From Octopus sinensis (lineage: Eukaryota): 64,000 nucleotides of DNA. A program made the position numbers and the translations under genes. How positions within the stretch are numbered: position 1 is the first letter of the stretch; every line of letters starts with the position of its first letter. The stretch lies in assembly GCF_006345805.1 (NCBI RefSeq), contig NC_043012.1, positions 53,506,001 through 53,570,000 on the forward strand, read 5' to 3'. The notes below the pieces were generated by a model that worked only from the letters and a program-made list of their open reading frames with translations, searched no databases and was not told the DNA's origin. This document shows positions 24,391-38,167 of this stretch, in pieces.

Positions 24391-25452
24391 CAGCCGTGTT
24401 AGCCTTCTCTTTAGGCGCAAAATATACTGTCACGTGACACTAACGCACAGACGTAGCAGGAAATTACAAAATGTCATATACTTAACCATATGTTCATTCT
24501 CTACAAAATCTTGACAGAAAACATTCAGAGCGTTGGTTGTTTGAACATGTTCAGTTAACTGTACCAGACTTAACTTACGACGCCAAATACTGTCACTTGA
24601 TTCTAACACACGGACGCAGCAGGGAACCTAAACCAATTTTTATTACAAGTCATGTGAAATCTACCAAATTTCTACCAATGAAATCCTATTCAAAACATCG
24701 TAATTTGAGCCATAAACTCCCTATAAAGACAGGGCAAACACTAGTCAGAAGCAAGACAGCTGTGGAAGAAGCAAAGTCCTTCCATTCTCAGTACATTTTC
24801 AACTTCTATTTTTTCGTAAATATATAAATGTGCGCGTGTGTGTATATGGGTGTGTCTATATGTATATATATCTGTATGTAGGTTTAAATTCATAATTTAT
24901 TTATATATGTGTGTATATGGATGTGCGTATGTATATGTATATATATGTATATATATGTTTATGTATATAGCTATATGTATTATCATTATTTACTAAATTA
25001 ATGCGGTGAAATGGCAGAGTCGTTAGCACGCCGGGCGAAATGCTTATCAGCTTTTCGTCTGCAGTTAAATTCTGAGTTCAAATTCCGTCGAGGTCAACGC
25101 TGCCTTCCATATTTCAGGGTAGATAAAGTACCAGTGTAGTACTGGTGTTGATGTGATCGACTTCAAAATGTCAAGCTTTGTGCCTACCGAAGAAATGATT
25201 ATTTAGTTACTTCATTAGTGACGATATATTAATCCACTAGAAAATTTTTAGTAGGTTAACATATACCAATCTTTATTTAAATTGCATTACAATATAATTC
25301 CATAATAACTATAATTATTTGAATTAAATAGCCAATAAATTTAAATTTGAAGTAATAATAACTATATAAATATATACTTATTTATTTACTATTAATTTTT
25401 ATAGACTTATTTTTAGATATATTTATGTGAATACATATAGGGAAGTATGTAG

Positions 25453-25491
<39 letters not shown>

Positions 25492-25747
25492 TGTGTTTAT
25501 ATATGAAAGAATAACTAATTATTTGTTAATTGTTTATTGTTATTATTATTATAATTATTATTATTATTTTATATATTTAGCTAAATGTAAACTCACGCAT
25601 ATTTAATGTATCTAATCTGTATATATATATCTGTGTGTGTGCATGTATGTGTATGTATGAGTTTATATATATGTGTGTCTGCGTGTGTGTGTGTGTATGT
25701 ATGAGTGCGTGTGTTTGTGCGAGTGTGTGTGTGTATGCGTATGTATG

Positions 25748-25802
<55 letters not shown>

Positions 25803-26005
25803 TGAAAGGGAGAGATGTATATGCTAATTATTTATTGTTATTATTATTATTTTATTTTCTATATATTTAGGTAAATATATGCTCACATATATACGATGTA
25901 TCTAATGTGTATATATGTATATATGTGTGTGTGTGTGTAGATATATAGATATGTATATATGGATGTGTCTATATGTATGTATGTGTATATGTGTTTATGT
26001 ATGTG

Positions 26006-26050
<45 letters not shown>

Positions 26051-26694
26051 GCATATGTATGTATATGTGTTTATAGGTATATAGGCATTCCCTCTATATA
26101 TTTGAATTCATATACATGTTATTTAATGGATCGTTAATTAAGGAAAATAAATAAATAAATTGATACGAAATCAAATAAATTAATCGATAAACAATGTTAT
26201 GGTAAATCTTTGATGTTATGGATGATGACATAAACACAGTTTTCTGTGTGATGTTTACCTATCATTATAATGTAATCCACATTTTTGGTGTAACTGAATT
26301 TTGAAGAGAGTTTTTTATTGGTTTTGCAAGTTTAAATTAGTATAATAATATGGATATTTATAATACTTCAGTGTATTGATAACTGAATTTAGTATTATAT
26401 ATTTATATAAAATATAAATGTCTAGTATTAGATTAACATATACAAATAAACTAATTTATTTATCTTAATAATATACAAAGAGATATATAATAGACCCTGT
26501 TGTAATCAAAACTACTTCTATTGTCATAATATGTATTTCCGTTTCTGTTTTTTTAATGCATGTTTATATACAATTTTATACTTCTATTTTTATTCATTTA
26601 TGTGTTTATTTTTCTATATAATACTTAGTAATATAATGATTGTATTAGTACATAAACGAAGATTATAATAATTCTTAAATATAGTTTCTCTCTT

Positions 26695-26940
26695 TTTCTC
26701 TTTTACTTGTTTCAGTCATTTGACTGCGGCCATGCTGGAGCACCGCCTTTAGTCGAGCCCAGTACTAATTCTATTGTAAGCCCAGTACTTATTCTATCGG
26801 TCTCTTTTGCCGAACCGCTAAGTGACAGGGACGTAAACACACCAGAAGACACTTGCCCAAGATGCCACGCAGTGGGACTGAACCCGCAACCATGTGGTTG
26901 GTTAGCAAGCTACTTACCACACAGCCATTCCTGCGCCTAT
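26695..26940 (-). mobile_element. SINE family A with internal deletion
   Basis: Tail joined directly to head at taaacacacc|agaagacacttgcccaag. Confidence 0.8.
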
Positions 26941-27269
26941 ATATGTTTAAAATAAATAATTACGCATATACAAATATTTATCGTTGACCCTTTAGCATTT
27001 AGTAAATTACTATGGTGAAATTATGTATCCCCTGTTCTTCTGTTCTTTTGGAAGTATGCATCCATAAAAATTCTAAATATATTGATTTACCGTGAGATAT
27101 TTTCCTCTGTAAGACTAAGTAACTCTTTGATAATTCATGTATCTATTTACATTTACCTTCAATGTACAGATACCTATAGGTAATAAATAATCGTAAGTTT
27201 ATGTAATAGTTTAATATCGGCCTATTTTCAATGAATAAATAGTTGATTATAATCTTTTTAACAACTTTA

Positions 27270-27515
27270 CTCTTTTACTATTTTACTTGTTTCAGCCATT
27301 CGACTGTGGCCATGCTGGAGCACCGCCTTTTAGTCGAGCAAATCGACCCTAGGACTTATTCTTTATAAGCCTAGTACTCATTCTATCAGTATCTTTTGTC
27401 GAACAGCTAAGTTCTGGGGACGTAAACACACCAGCATCGGTTGTCAAGCGATGTTGGGGGGACAAACACAGACACACAAAAATATACACATATACATACA
27501 TACATATATATATAT
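27270..27515 (-). mobile_element. SINE family A tail
   Basis: Matches the family A tail consensus. Confidence 0.8.
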
Positions 27516-27525
27516 ATATAAAAAA

Positions 27526-27856
27526 GACCCCCCTTCGGTCATGAATGACCATGGGATTGCACCTAGAAAGTTACCCTCCTAGACACAAGTCCGGGCAAGG
27601 TTCTTTATGGAAGGCCAGCAGTCGCCCACGCATACCAGCCTCCCCTCTCCACGCCACCTGTGTTATCCAAGGGAAAGACAAAGGTCGATACAGCTTGGCA
27701 CCAGTGACGTCGCAACTCATTTATACAGCTGAGTGAACTGGAGCAACGTGAAATAAAGTGCCTTGCTCGAGAACACAACACGCAGCCCGGTCCGGGATTC
27801 GACCTCACAACCTCACGATCGTAAGCTCGACGCTCTAACCACTGAGCCATGCGCCT
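27526..27856 (-). mobile_element. SINE family E (tRNA head, CORE/V-like central block, distinct tail)
   Basis: Reverse complement: aggcgcatggctcagtggttagagcgtcgagc...gaggtcgaatcccggaccggg...tgtgttctcgagcaaggcactttatttcacgttgctccagttcactcagctgtataaatgagt. Confidence 0.8.
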
Positions 27857-27861
27857 CACGA

Positions 27862-28005
27862 CTATATATTATATATATATATATATATAATATATATATA
27901 TATATATTATATTTATATATATATATATATATATCTATATATATATATATATAATAATTATATATATATATATATATTATATATATTATATATATATATA
28001 TATAG

Positions 28006-28056
<51 letters not shown>

Positions 28057-28069
28057 ATATATATATAAT

Positions 28070-28163
<94 letters not shown>

Positions 28164-28180
28164 GCATATATATATACACA
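27862..28180. repeat. Long interrupted (TA)n microsatellite
   Basis: Directly visible. Confidence 0.95.
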
Positions 28181-28436
28181 TATACTATATACGACGAGAT
28201 TCTTCACTTTCCGTCTACCAAATCCATTCACAAGGCTTTGGTCGGCACTCGCCCAAGGTGCCACGCAGTGGGACAGAACCCGAAACTATGTGTACTAAAT
28301 TTATATTATTATAATAATATAGTTATGTTATTATTATAATATGTATTTCTTTATTACCCACAAGGGTATTATAATATGTGTTCATAGTTCATATATTATA
28401 AGTGTAATATAATATTATGTTAATAAATTTATATTA

Positions 28437-28745
28437 CTCTTTACTCTTTTACTCTTTTATTTGTTTCAGTCATTTGACTGCTGCCATGCTGGAGCACCGC
28501 CTTTAGTCGAGCAAATCGACCCCGGGACTTATTCTTTGTAAGCCCAGTACTTATTCTATCGGTCTCTTTTGCCGAACCGCTAAGTGCCGGGGACATAAAC
28601 ACACCAGCATCGGTTGTCAAGCAATGCTAGGGGGACAAACACAGACACACAAACATATACACACACACTTATATATATATATATATATATATACATATAT
28701 ACGACAGGCTTCTTTCAGTTTCCGTCTACCCAAACCACTCACAAG
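28437..28745 (-). mobile_element. SINE family A (tail, microsatellite, partial head)
   Basis: Close match to the family A tail including the (ttactct)n end. Confidence 0.85.
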
Positions 28746-28821
<76 letters not shown>

Positions 28822-28870
28822 GGGAAAGAACACCACACACACACACACCACACACATAATATATATATAT

Positions 28871-28912
<42 letters not shown>

Positions 28913-30106
28913 CTTAAACAAGGATATTCTTGATAGTGAGAAGAGTATTTTGAAAGTCAAGCAACGTCTGCCGGTGGCTTAACTCGCTGAAACTTTGAAA
29001 TCAGTCAACAGTATTTTTGCTTCGGAAGAACGTTTTATGCACGTACACACTTACACATGGATACAGGCCTGGGTGTTATTGTATGTATGGACTATATTTC
29101 ATCTGTTTCGAATGATCGGTAGTATTCCTTGTTAGATATTGGAGAAATAATCTGGTAAATGATAGTAATATTACTATGCGGGCTTGCACGTTTGTATGAT
29201 AAGCATGTATGTATGTATGTATTTATGTATGTCATTATTCAGCTTTATTTCAAGATTTCTTGCCAATAGAAGAGAGGTGGTTTCTGATCTAAATCCAAGG
29301 CGCCTTCATTGGAATTTCAACAACATCAACGCGGTATTTTTGCTTGTATGAGTTATGTGTACAGTATTTGAAGTCAGTGCATGTCGAGACATCTGCACAT
29401 GTAAACTTAAATGATATATTTCTGGGAAGCTTTACAAAATTTTACAGTTTCACTAATGGCTTGGATCTGTTGCCTTCGAATAAGTTTTCTCCTTTTTCAT
29501 TTTGAGAAGCTTAGGTAGAGTAACTGCAGATTTCTCAACAGTTCAGCGTAGGTATCTCCCTTCTCGTTCACATCTGCTGGGCAGCTAATTTCCCTTACTA
29601 TTTATGTATGTATGTATGTATGTATGTATGTATGTATGTATGTATGTATGTATGTATGTATTTATGTATGTATGTATTATGTATGATTGCATAGTTTTTT
29701 CTTTTTAATTTAGAATTACGGGCTTCTTTCAGTTTCTGTCTACCTAATCCACTCATAAGGCTTTGGTCGACTAGAAGCCATAGTAGAAGACTAATGTTCC
29801 ATGTAGCGGGACTGAACCCGCAACCATATGGTTGGGAAGCAAGCTTCTTACCACACTGCCATGCCTGGGTAAAAATTATCAAAATTTAAAACCCCATAAC
29901 ATTTTAAAATTTTTTCTGGAAAAAGTGAAATATCTCCAGAGATTTTGCTTGAAAAATTACATCAATACACCAAGTTTTAAAATTTTCACAGGTACAGCCA
30001 AACAGAAAAGATGCGCAGTGAGTAATAGAAGATTTAGATTAATTAATATATTCAAAACAGAAACAGAAGAAAAGAGAGTCTGACTGACAGCTTGAGGGGC
30101 AGAAAC

Positions 30107-30107
<1 letters not shown>

Positions 30108-30162
<55 letters not shown>

Positions 30163-30367
30163 GTAGGTGGGTGGGTAGGTAGGACGGTGGGTAGGTAGGT
30201 AGGTAGGTAGGTAGGTAGGTAGGTAGGTAGGTAGGTAGGTGGGTAGGTAGGGAGTTTAGTAGGTAGGTAGATAGGTAGATAGATAGATAGATAGATAGGT
30301 AGGTAGGTAGGTGGGTGGGTAGGTAGGTGGGTGGGTAGGTAGGAAGTTTAGTAGGTAGGTAGGTAGG

Positions 30368-30398
<31 letters not shown>

Positions 30399-30481
30399 GT
30401 ATGTAGGGAGGTAGGGAGGTAGATAAATAGATAGATAGCTAGATAGAGAGAGAGAGAGAGAGAAATAGAGAGAGATAGAGA

Positions 30482-30515
<34 letters not shown>

Positions 30516-30580
30516 AAAAGAAGTAAAGAGAGAAAGAAAGAAAAAAGAAAGAAAGGTAGTAGGTAGGTAAGTAGATACAT
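30108..30580. repeat. Compound purine-rich tract (GATA)-(GGTA/GGGT)-(GA)-(GAAA)
   Basis: Directly visible. Confidence 0.95.
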
Positions 30581-31541
30581 TCTGGAAACTTTCCTATTGG
30601 TACCTTCGTGACGAATATTAAGTGCTGACGAAACTCATCTAACCGCGCTTAACTATAGATAGAATACAAGAACAATTACAGAACATATTGATAAAGAACG
30701 CCGACAGACAGACAGGGGTATACACAGACAGATATATATCTGGTGGGATGGCGTGGCGGCACTCGGCTTTTTTAATGTTAATTGTCGTGGTTGGATATAA
30801 CGATGTTGGTAATGGCATCGCCGACAACAATGATGATGATGATGAGGATGATGAGGAGGATGATGATGATGGTGGTGGTGGTTGTGATGGTTGTGGTGGG
30901 AGTGTTGGCATTGGTTACAGTCACGGTAGTCATCGATGGTGGTGATGGTGGTGGTGATGGTGGTACCGATAGTGCTAGAAGTAGACGGCGGCGGCCGCGA
31001 TGATGGTGTGTTTCTGGGTAGTGATGGCACAGATACTGCTGATTATGAGCGGTGGTGGTGGTGGGGGGTTATCCACTACGAACGGTGATGATGATAGTAG
31101 TTGAGTAAATGGTGATAATAATGATGATGACGATGACGATGACGATGACGATGATGACGTCAATGAAAGAAAACGAAGAAGCGGCTTTCTGACTAATTTC
31201 CTCCAGATCATTGTGAAAAACAAACGTGCCATGTCGGAATTATCTGCTATACACCGAAAAGCCATTTTTTTTCTTTTTCTCTTTTCCTACATTACAATTA
31301 ATTGATTGATTGATGGTCTCTTAATTTGTTGTTGTTGCTGTTGTTGTTGTTGTTGTTCATGTGTTGTTGTTTTCTCGTTGTCGTTGTTGTTGTCTTCTGT
31401 TTTGCGAAATAGATTTCAGATAAAAGAATGAGGCATGTTGAGATTTTCCAATCTTCTCTGATATTTTACAATAAAAAATTAGAAATGTACAAAAGGTGAT
31501 ACGTAGAGTGAAAGCGGCATGTGTGTGTGCGTATATATATA

Positions 31542-31591
<50 letters not shown>

Positions 31592-31719
31592 ATGGATGTG
31601 TGCATATACACACAAACATATATATACTTATATATGTATAAGTGTATATATATTTAAACATACATATATATATGCATATGTGTGTATATACATACATACA
31701 TACATAGTGTATGTATATA

Positions 31720-31775
<56 letters not shown>

Positions 31776-31874
31776 GCACACCCACACACACGCACATACA
31801 CACACACATCAATGTATATTCCCGCACATGCATATATATGTATTCCTAGATATGCATATGTACATATCTAAAAG

Positions 31875-31913
<39 letters not shown>

Positions 31914-32068
31914 ACACACTAACACCTTACATATACGCATTTGTATATTCATATATGTGTTTCTGCATATCGATATATCGATATGCAAAAATTATGCATA
32001 GAAGGCTATACATACGTGTGTGTTCTTGAGGGTGTGCGTGTGTGTTTGTATATATGTATGTATATATG

Positions 32069-32116
<48 letters not shown>

Positions 32117-32133
32117 ATATGATATATATATAC

Positions 32134-32170
<37 letters not shown>

Positions 32171-32319
32171 TATTCATGCATACATACCTGTCTGTGTGTG
32201 CATGTGTATGTGAACTTGTATGAATGTAGTTTATATGTACAATTATGTGTATATATTCAAATACATATCTAAAATGTGTTTGCGCAGTGTGTGTCAACAT
32301 ATATCAATACATGCATGTG

Positions 32320-32362
<43 letters not shown>

Positions 32363-32474
32363 TTTTATCTATTGGCTTATGTTTTTCATTGTTTGATTCG
32401 CCTAATAGTGGTTTTATCTCTAATTTAAATATAATATATATATACATATATACATACGTACATGTACATAAATA

Positions 32475-32524
<50 letters not shown>

Positions 32525-33159
32525 ATATACATACATACACACACATATATACATATGATATATATCAATACATATCCCTGCATATACACGTGCATATATA
32601 TACAAATGTTTATATGCATATTGCATATGAGCTATGTATAGTTGTTTAAATCCATGTATGTATGTATGTATATATATCTACGTATATGTATGTACGTAGG
32701 TATGTATGCATGCATGTATGTATGTATGTATGTATGTTTGTATGTATGCATATATGTGTGATCGCCTGTATTGGCATACGCACATTGTTGAATGGGTGTA
32801 TGGGTGTGTGTGACCATGTGTAAGCGCGCTCGTCTGTATCTGATTATTACTTTTTTCGTTTCTTTTTTTCGTTTTTGATGTTTCTATTTTTGCGGTATTT
32901 CCTTGGCGAAAATTTGAAGCTGTAATAATAAAAACTGCGAAAATATGTTACAATCTGCTATTAGCTGCAACAATCTATAAAACAAACTTTTACAAACAAT
33001 TCGTAGACTTTAGCCGCTTCCTCCACCTCCGCCTCCCTTCCTTTTGCCACCTGTTTCTTGATATTTTTCTTATTATTATTATTATTATTTCTTTTTCCTT
33101 TCCTTACTTTTTCTTCTTTTCTTTCTAATTCGCCTATGCATTTTTTTCTATTTCGTCTC

Positions 33160-33316
33160 CTTCTAATCTCCTCCCCTTCTTCTTCTTCTTCCTCCTCCTT
33201 CTTTCGTACAGTCTATTTCTTCTTTTTCTTCAATTTTCTCTTCATCATCATTATCATGGTCGTCATCGTCATCTTTTTCTTCGTCTTTTTCTACTATTTT
33301 TTCATCATCATCTTCC

Positions 33317-33374
<58 letters not shown>

Positions 33375-33402
33375 ATCATCATCATCGTTATCTTCTTCTT
33401 CT

Positions 33403-33444
<42 letters not shown>

Positions 33445-33760
33445 AACTACTACCACTACTACAACTACTACTACAACCACTACTACTACTACTACGTTTA
33501 CAACAACAACGACAACTACTACTACTACTACTACTACTTTTACTACTACTACTACTGTTTATTTTCTTCCTCGTCTCTTCCTTCTTTTAATTCTTCTTCA
33601 TTTTATTCAGCATCATCATCGTCATCGTAATCATCATTCTAATTATCTCCTTCTCCTCTTCCCTCTCTTTCCTACTACCATCATCATCATCATCATCGTC
33701 ATCACCGTCATCCTCGACATTGTCGTCATCACATTATCGTCGTTGTTGTTGTTGATGTTG
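33160..33760. repeat. Compound trinucleotide tract (TCT/CAT/TAC)n
   Basis: Directly visible; source of the 190-aa poly-S/I/Y pseudo-ORF. Confidence 0.9.
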
Positions 33761-34489
33761 TTATTGCCGCTTTGTTTTTTTTGTTTTTTTTCAGAAAATT
33801 TTCTCTCAGATTTAAACGAATTTCCAGGAAGTAACCACTTGGAAGATGATATGTCGTTTACAAAATCTCATGAATAGATTGTCGCTTTGCATAAAACGGT
33901 TCTTTTGTCTTTCTTTCTTTCTCTCTCTCTATCTCTATCACTCTCTCTCTTTCTCTCTCTTTTTTCTTCCTTTCTTTCCTTCTTTAAGTATCTATTAACA
34001 GTTCAATAGCGATTAAATCAAGAGGAAAACCTAATTTTTACAATGAGCACAATATCAACTCGTATCTGTGATCAAGAAATTTTGCTTTTATACATTTTTA
34101 CTCGATTTGATTGCATATTCTTTTTGTTTCATTGTTTCTGCATCTTGCTGTCGTTGTTGAAGTTGCAGTAGTGGTGCCTGCCGTTGTTGCTGTTGCTGTG
34201 GTAGTTGTTGATGATTTCGTTGTAGTTTTTAGTACGAGCACAGCCTCATAAACCTTTAATTTTTTCAGTCATTTGATAGCGGCCATGCTGAAGCACAGCC
34301 TTTAGTCGAGCAAATCGACCCCAGGACTTATTCTTTGTAAGCCTAGTACTTATTCTACGGTATCTTTTGCCGAACCACTAAGTTACGGGAACGTAAACAG
34401 ACCAGCATGTTGGGGGTACAAACACAGACACACAAACACACACTCACACACACACACACACAACACACACACACACACCACACACACAC

Positions 34490-34561
<72 letters not shown>

Positions 34562-34564
34562 TAT

Positions 34565-34803
34565 ATTTCTTTACTACCCACAAGGGGCTAAACACAGAGG
34601 AGACAAACAAGGACAGACAAACGGATTAAGTCGATTACATCGACCCCAGTGCGTAATTGGTACTTAATTTATCGACCCCGGAAGGATGAAAGGCAAAGTC
34701 GACCTCGGCGGAATTTGAACTCGGAACGTAAGGGCAGACGAAATACCACTAAGCATTACGGCTACGCATTTCGCCCGGCGTGCTAACGATTCTGCCAGCG
34801 CGC
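34565..34803 (-). mobile_element. SINE family B1
   Basis: Close to the B1 consensus, with a short internal duplication in the head. Confidence 0.85.
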
Positions 34804-35339
34804 TGCCTTCCTCTGTGACCTTATACCGATGTCCCGGTTCCATCCTAGAAAGAAAACAATTCGAAGGAAGGACGATAACTGAAGCAGAAGAGCGAATATG
34901 GTTGCTTGATTGACTTGCTATAAATAGCAGGCAAACCACTGTCAACTTATGTACTACCGTATGTTTTTGGACATAAAGTCGCAGGCACGACCATGGACAC
35001 TGGTATAGCTGATTAAGAAGCTCGCTTTGCAGTTATGTGCTTTCAGGTTCAGTCCCACTCAGTTTGTGTCTCATTGCGTTTGTCCTTGCCTTTCTGCAGC
35101 TTGACAACCAGTGTTCATTTATTTATAAAGTATAATCTAGCGGTTCGGCAAAAGACATCGATAGAATAATTAGCAGACTTTTAAAAAATAAGCACTGCTG
35201 TTCTGTCGATTTGATCCGATAAAAAGCATAAAGCGATACTCTAGTATAGGCGCGGGCCAATGACTGAAGCAATTAAAATATAGAGTATTGTAGATAACAT
35301 GCTTCAAGATATACATTTTACCAGAACAGACGGAAAGCA

Positions 35340-35750
35340 TTTCAACGTGGTAAGTAGCTTGCTTACCAACATGGTTCCGGGTTCAGTCCCACTGCGTGGC
35401 ACCTTAAGCAAGTGTCTTCTACTATGGCCTCGGGCCGACCAAAGCCTTCTGGGTGGACTTGGTAGACGGAAACTGAAAAAAGCCCGTCGTATATATGTAT
35501 ATATATATATACGGCGGCGAGCTGGCAGAATCGTTAGCACGCCGGGCGAAATGCGTAGCCGTATTTCGTCTGCCGTTACGTTCTGAGTTCAAAATTCCGC
35601 CGAGGTCGACTTTGCCTTTCATCCTTTCGGGGTCGATTAAAGAAGTACCAGTTACGCACTGGGGTTCGATATAATCGACCTAATCCGTTTGTCCGTTCTT
35701 GTTTGTCCCCTCTGTGTGTGGCTCCTTGTGGGCAGTAAAGAAATACGTAT
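35340..35750 (+). mobile_element. SINE A head (35340-35500) followed by a complete B1 copy (35513-35750)
   Basis: B1 starts inside the (TA)n tract that normally follows the family A head. Confidence 0.85.
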
Positions 35751-36185
35751 ATGGTCACAGAGGAAGTGGTAGCGGATATTTGCTAAATTTAATCGATATT
35801 ATTTATCGCATCACGCAAAGGTGATTTCATCAGTGTTTGAACTCGGAGTAAAGAGGCGTGATCATAACATCACAAGGCCAGCGTGGCATTATCAATATTA
35901 TTTCCAGAAACGCACCATTTTCATCGAGTGGCAGATTGTCTTAGAAAGCAGACCAAAACGAAACATTTGCAGATAAATCAGAATATATGTATGGGTGTAA
36001 GAATCCGTGCATGTACACACGCGCACGCGTGTTAGTGAGTGAGTGCATGTATATTGAGAAATGTTCATATGTGAGTATATATATATTATTGTGATCTTTT
36101 TTTCCCTCGAATAATTATATAAGTGTGTTCGTACTTGTATAAGGGCATGTGTGTGTGTATGTGTGTATACACTATGTCTCTCTCC

Positions 36186-36273
<88 letters not shown>

Positions 36274-36343
36274 ATGTATGTATATATATATATGTATATA
36301 ATATATATATTATATATATGTATATGTATATATATATATTTAT

Positions 36344-36812
36344 ATATAATTAGTGAATGGAAGAAATGGAGTTGAACGAAGATTGTACAGAATTCCTTTT
36401 ATTACATTCTACACATGTTTCAAAGGCCACAATTTTCCAAATTCTGATTAAATAAGGATACCATATTGCAGCTTTCTCTTCAGGAAAAACCAGGAATTAC
36501 GTTGTCAGAACAAAACAAAACAGAGGCGCAGCAAAGCAATTCGAACGAGGACGCTCCTTAAGAGCCCATGGATAAACAGTTTATCCATGGGCTCTTAAGG
36601 AGCGTCCTCGTTCGAATTGCTTTGCTGCGCCTCTGTTTTGTTTTGTTCTGACAACGTAATTCCTGGTTTTTCCTGAAGAGAAAGCTGCAATATGGTATCC
36701 TTATTTAATCAGAATTTGGAAAATTGTGGCCTTTGAAACATGTGTAGAATGTAATAAAAGGAATTCTGTACAATCTTCGTTCAACTCCATTTCTTCCATT
36801 CACTAATTATAT
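36344..36812. repeat. Perfect palindrome: 234-bp arms, 1-nt spacer (A36578)
   Basis: Hand comparison of 36344-36577 with the reverse complement of 36579-36812 found no mismatch or indel. Confidence 0.95.
36658..36765 (+). ncRNA. Putative type I hammerhead ribozyme (mirror copy at 36391-36498 on the minus strand)
   Basis: aauuccu..uuc CUGAAGA(36673-36679) G aaagcugcaau...auuguggccuuu GAAAC(36735-36739) augu GUA(36744-36746) gaa..aggaauu. All conserved core bases are present; stem I is bipartite (3 bp plus 7 bp) and stem III is palindromic (ACAUGU). Confidence 0.7.
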
Positions 36813-36998
36813 TAAACTTCAATTATCCGCACCAACGCACGGTTGCAACACCATATGGTCTTATCTCCAACCGTGGTTTTTTTTTTTTTTTTTTTCTGGT
36901 GTGATTTTTGCTACCCAGGTATCGGTTAAACTTTTGAATAATCTGTAACAAGAAAATTCATCTTTCCAATTCAACAAACACATATATTTATATATATG

Positions 36999-37060
<62 letters not shown>

Positions 37061-37449
37061 GTGTGTGTGCATGTGATTAATATATATATATAATTGTATG
37101 TATGCATATATACGTATATATATATATATATATATACACATACATATATATATATAACAATTTAATAAATAAAACATATGCATACATACATACATGTACA
37201 TACCTACATCTATATGTATATATACATGCATATATATATATGAGTATATGCATGTTTATTTGTATGAATCTGTGCATATGTGCATAGAAAAAGAGAGAGA
37301 AAGAGAGAGAGAGAGAGGAACAGGGATGGGAGGGTTTCCTGTAGGTTAGGTCTATTTATTTTAAACTTCATATAATAATTTGATATTCAATAGAATTCTT
37401 GCCACTGAATTTTAGAATTAAGAAAATATTATTACCCTCAAAAACTGAA

Positions 37450-38167
37450 CCGAACTTAATAATGGCTTCAAATTTTCGAACAAGGCCAACAGTTTTTGAG
37501 GGCATCGACTTCAGTGCTAGACTGTAAGTCTCGAAATGATGAAAACATAAGCAGGCTTCGGCGGGATATGAACTCAGAATGTAAAGGGGAACAAAATTCC
37601 GTTAAGCTCACAGCCTTATATAATAATAAATAGATAAATAAAATTAAATAATGAAATTGAAACCCCTTTCTACTAAAGGAAGAATACTTAAAATATGTGG
37701 GGAGGGGACTAGTGGATTACATTGAACCCAAAGTGTCACTGATACTTTATTTATCGATCCCGAAAGGATGAAAGGCAAAGTCGACGAAATTTGATCTCAG
37801 AAGGTAAGGACGAAATGCCGTTAAGCATTTTATACGGGCGTGCTAACGGTGTCGATAGCTTGACGCCTTAATAATCCTTTCTACTATAGGCGCAAGGCCT
37901 GACATTGAGGGAAGCAGAAAGTCGATTATGAAATACCTATTTCTTTACTACCCACAAGGGGCTAAACACAGAGGGGACAAACAAGGACAGACAAACGGAT
38001 TAAGTCGATTATATCGACCCCAGTGTGTAACTGGTACTTATTTAATCGACCCCGAAAGGATGAAAGGCAAAATCGACCTCGGCGGAATTTGAACTCACAA
38101 CGTAACGGCAGGCGAAATACCGGTAAGCATTTCGCCCGGCTAGCTAACGATTCTGCCAGCGCGCCGC
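37450..38167 (-). mobile_element. Stack of SINE family B copies with a young B1 at 37935-38167
   Basis: Repeated aaaggatgaaaggcaaa.tcgac blocks; the B1 3' end abuts gaaatacc of an older copy. Confidence 0.8.

Noticed and set aside
30640-31300. GC-richer segment with His/Pro/Asp-rich ORFs suggesting a transcription-factor exon
   Set aside because: Explained by (GAT)n/(GGT)n repeats; no domain or supported splice structure.
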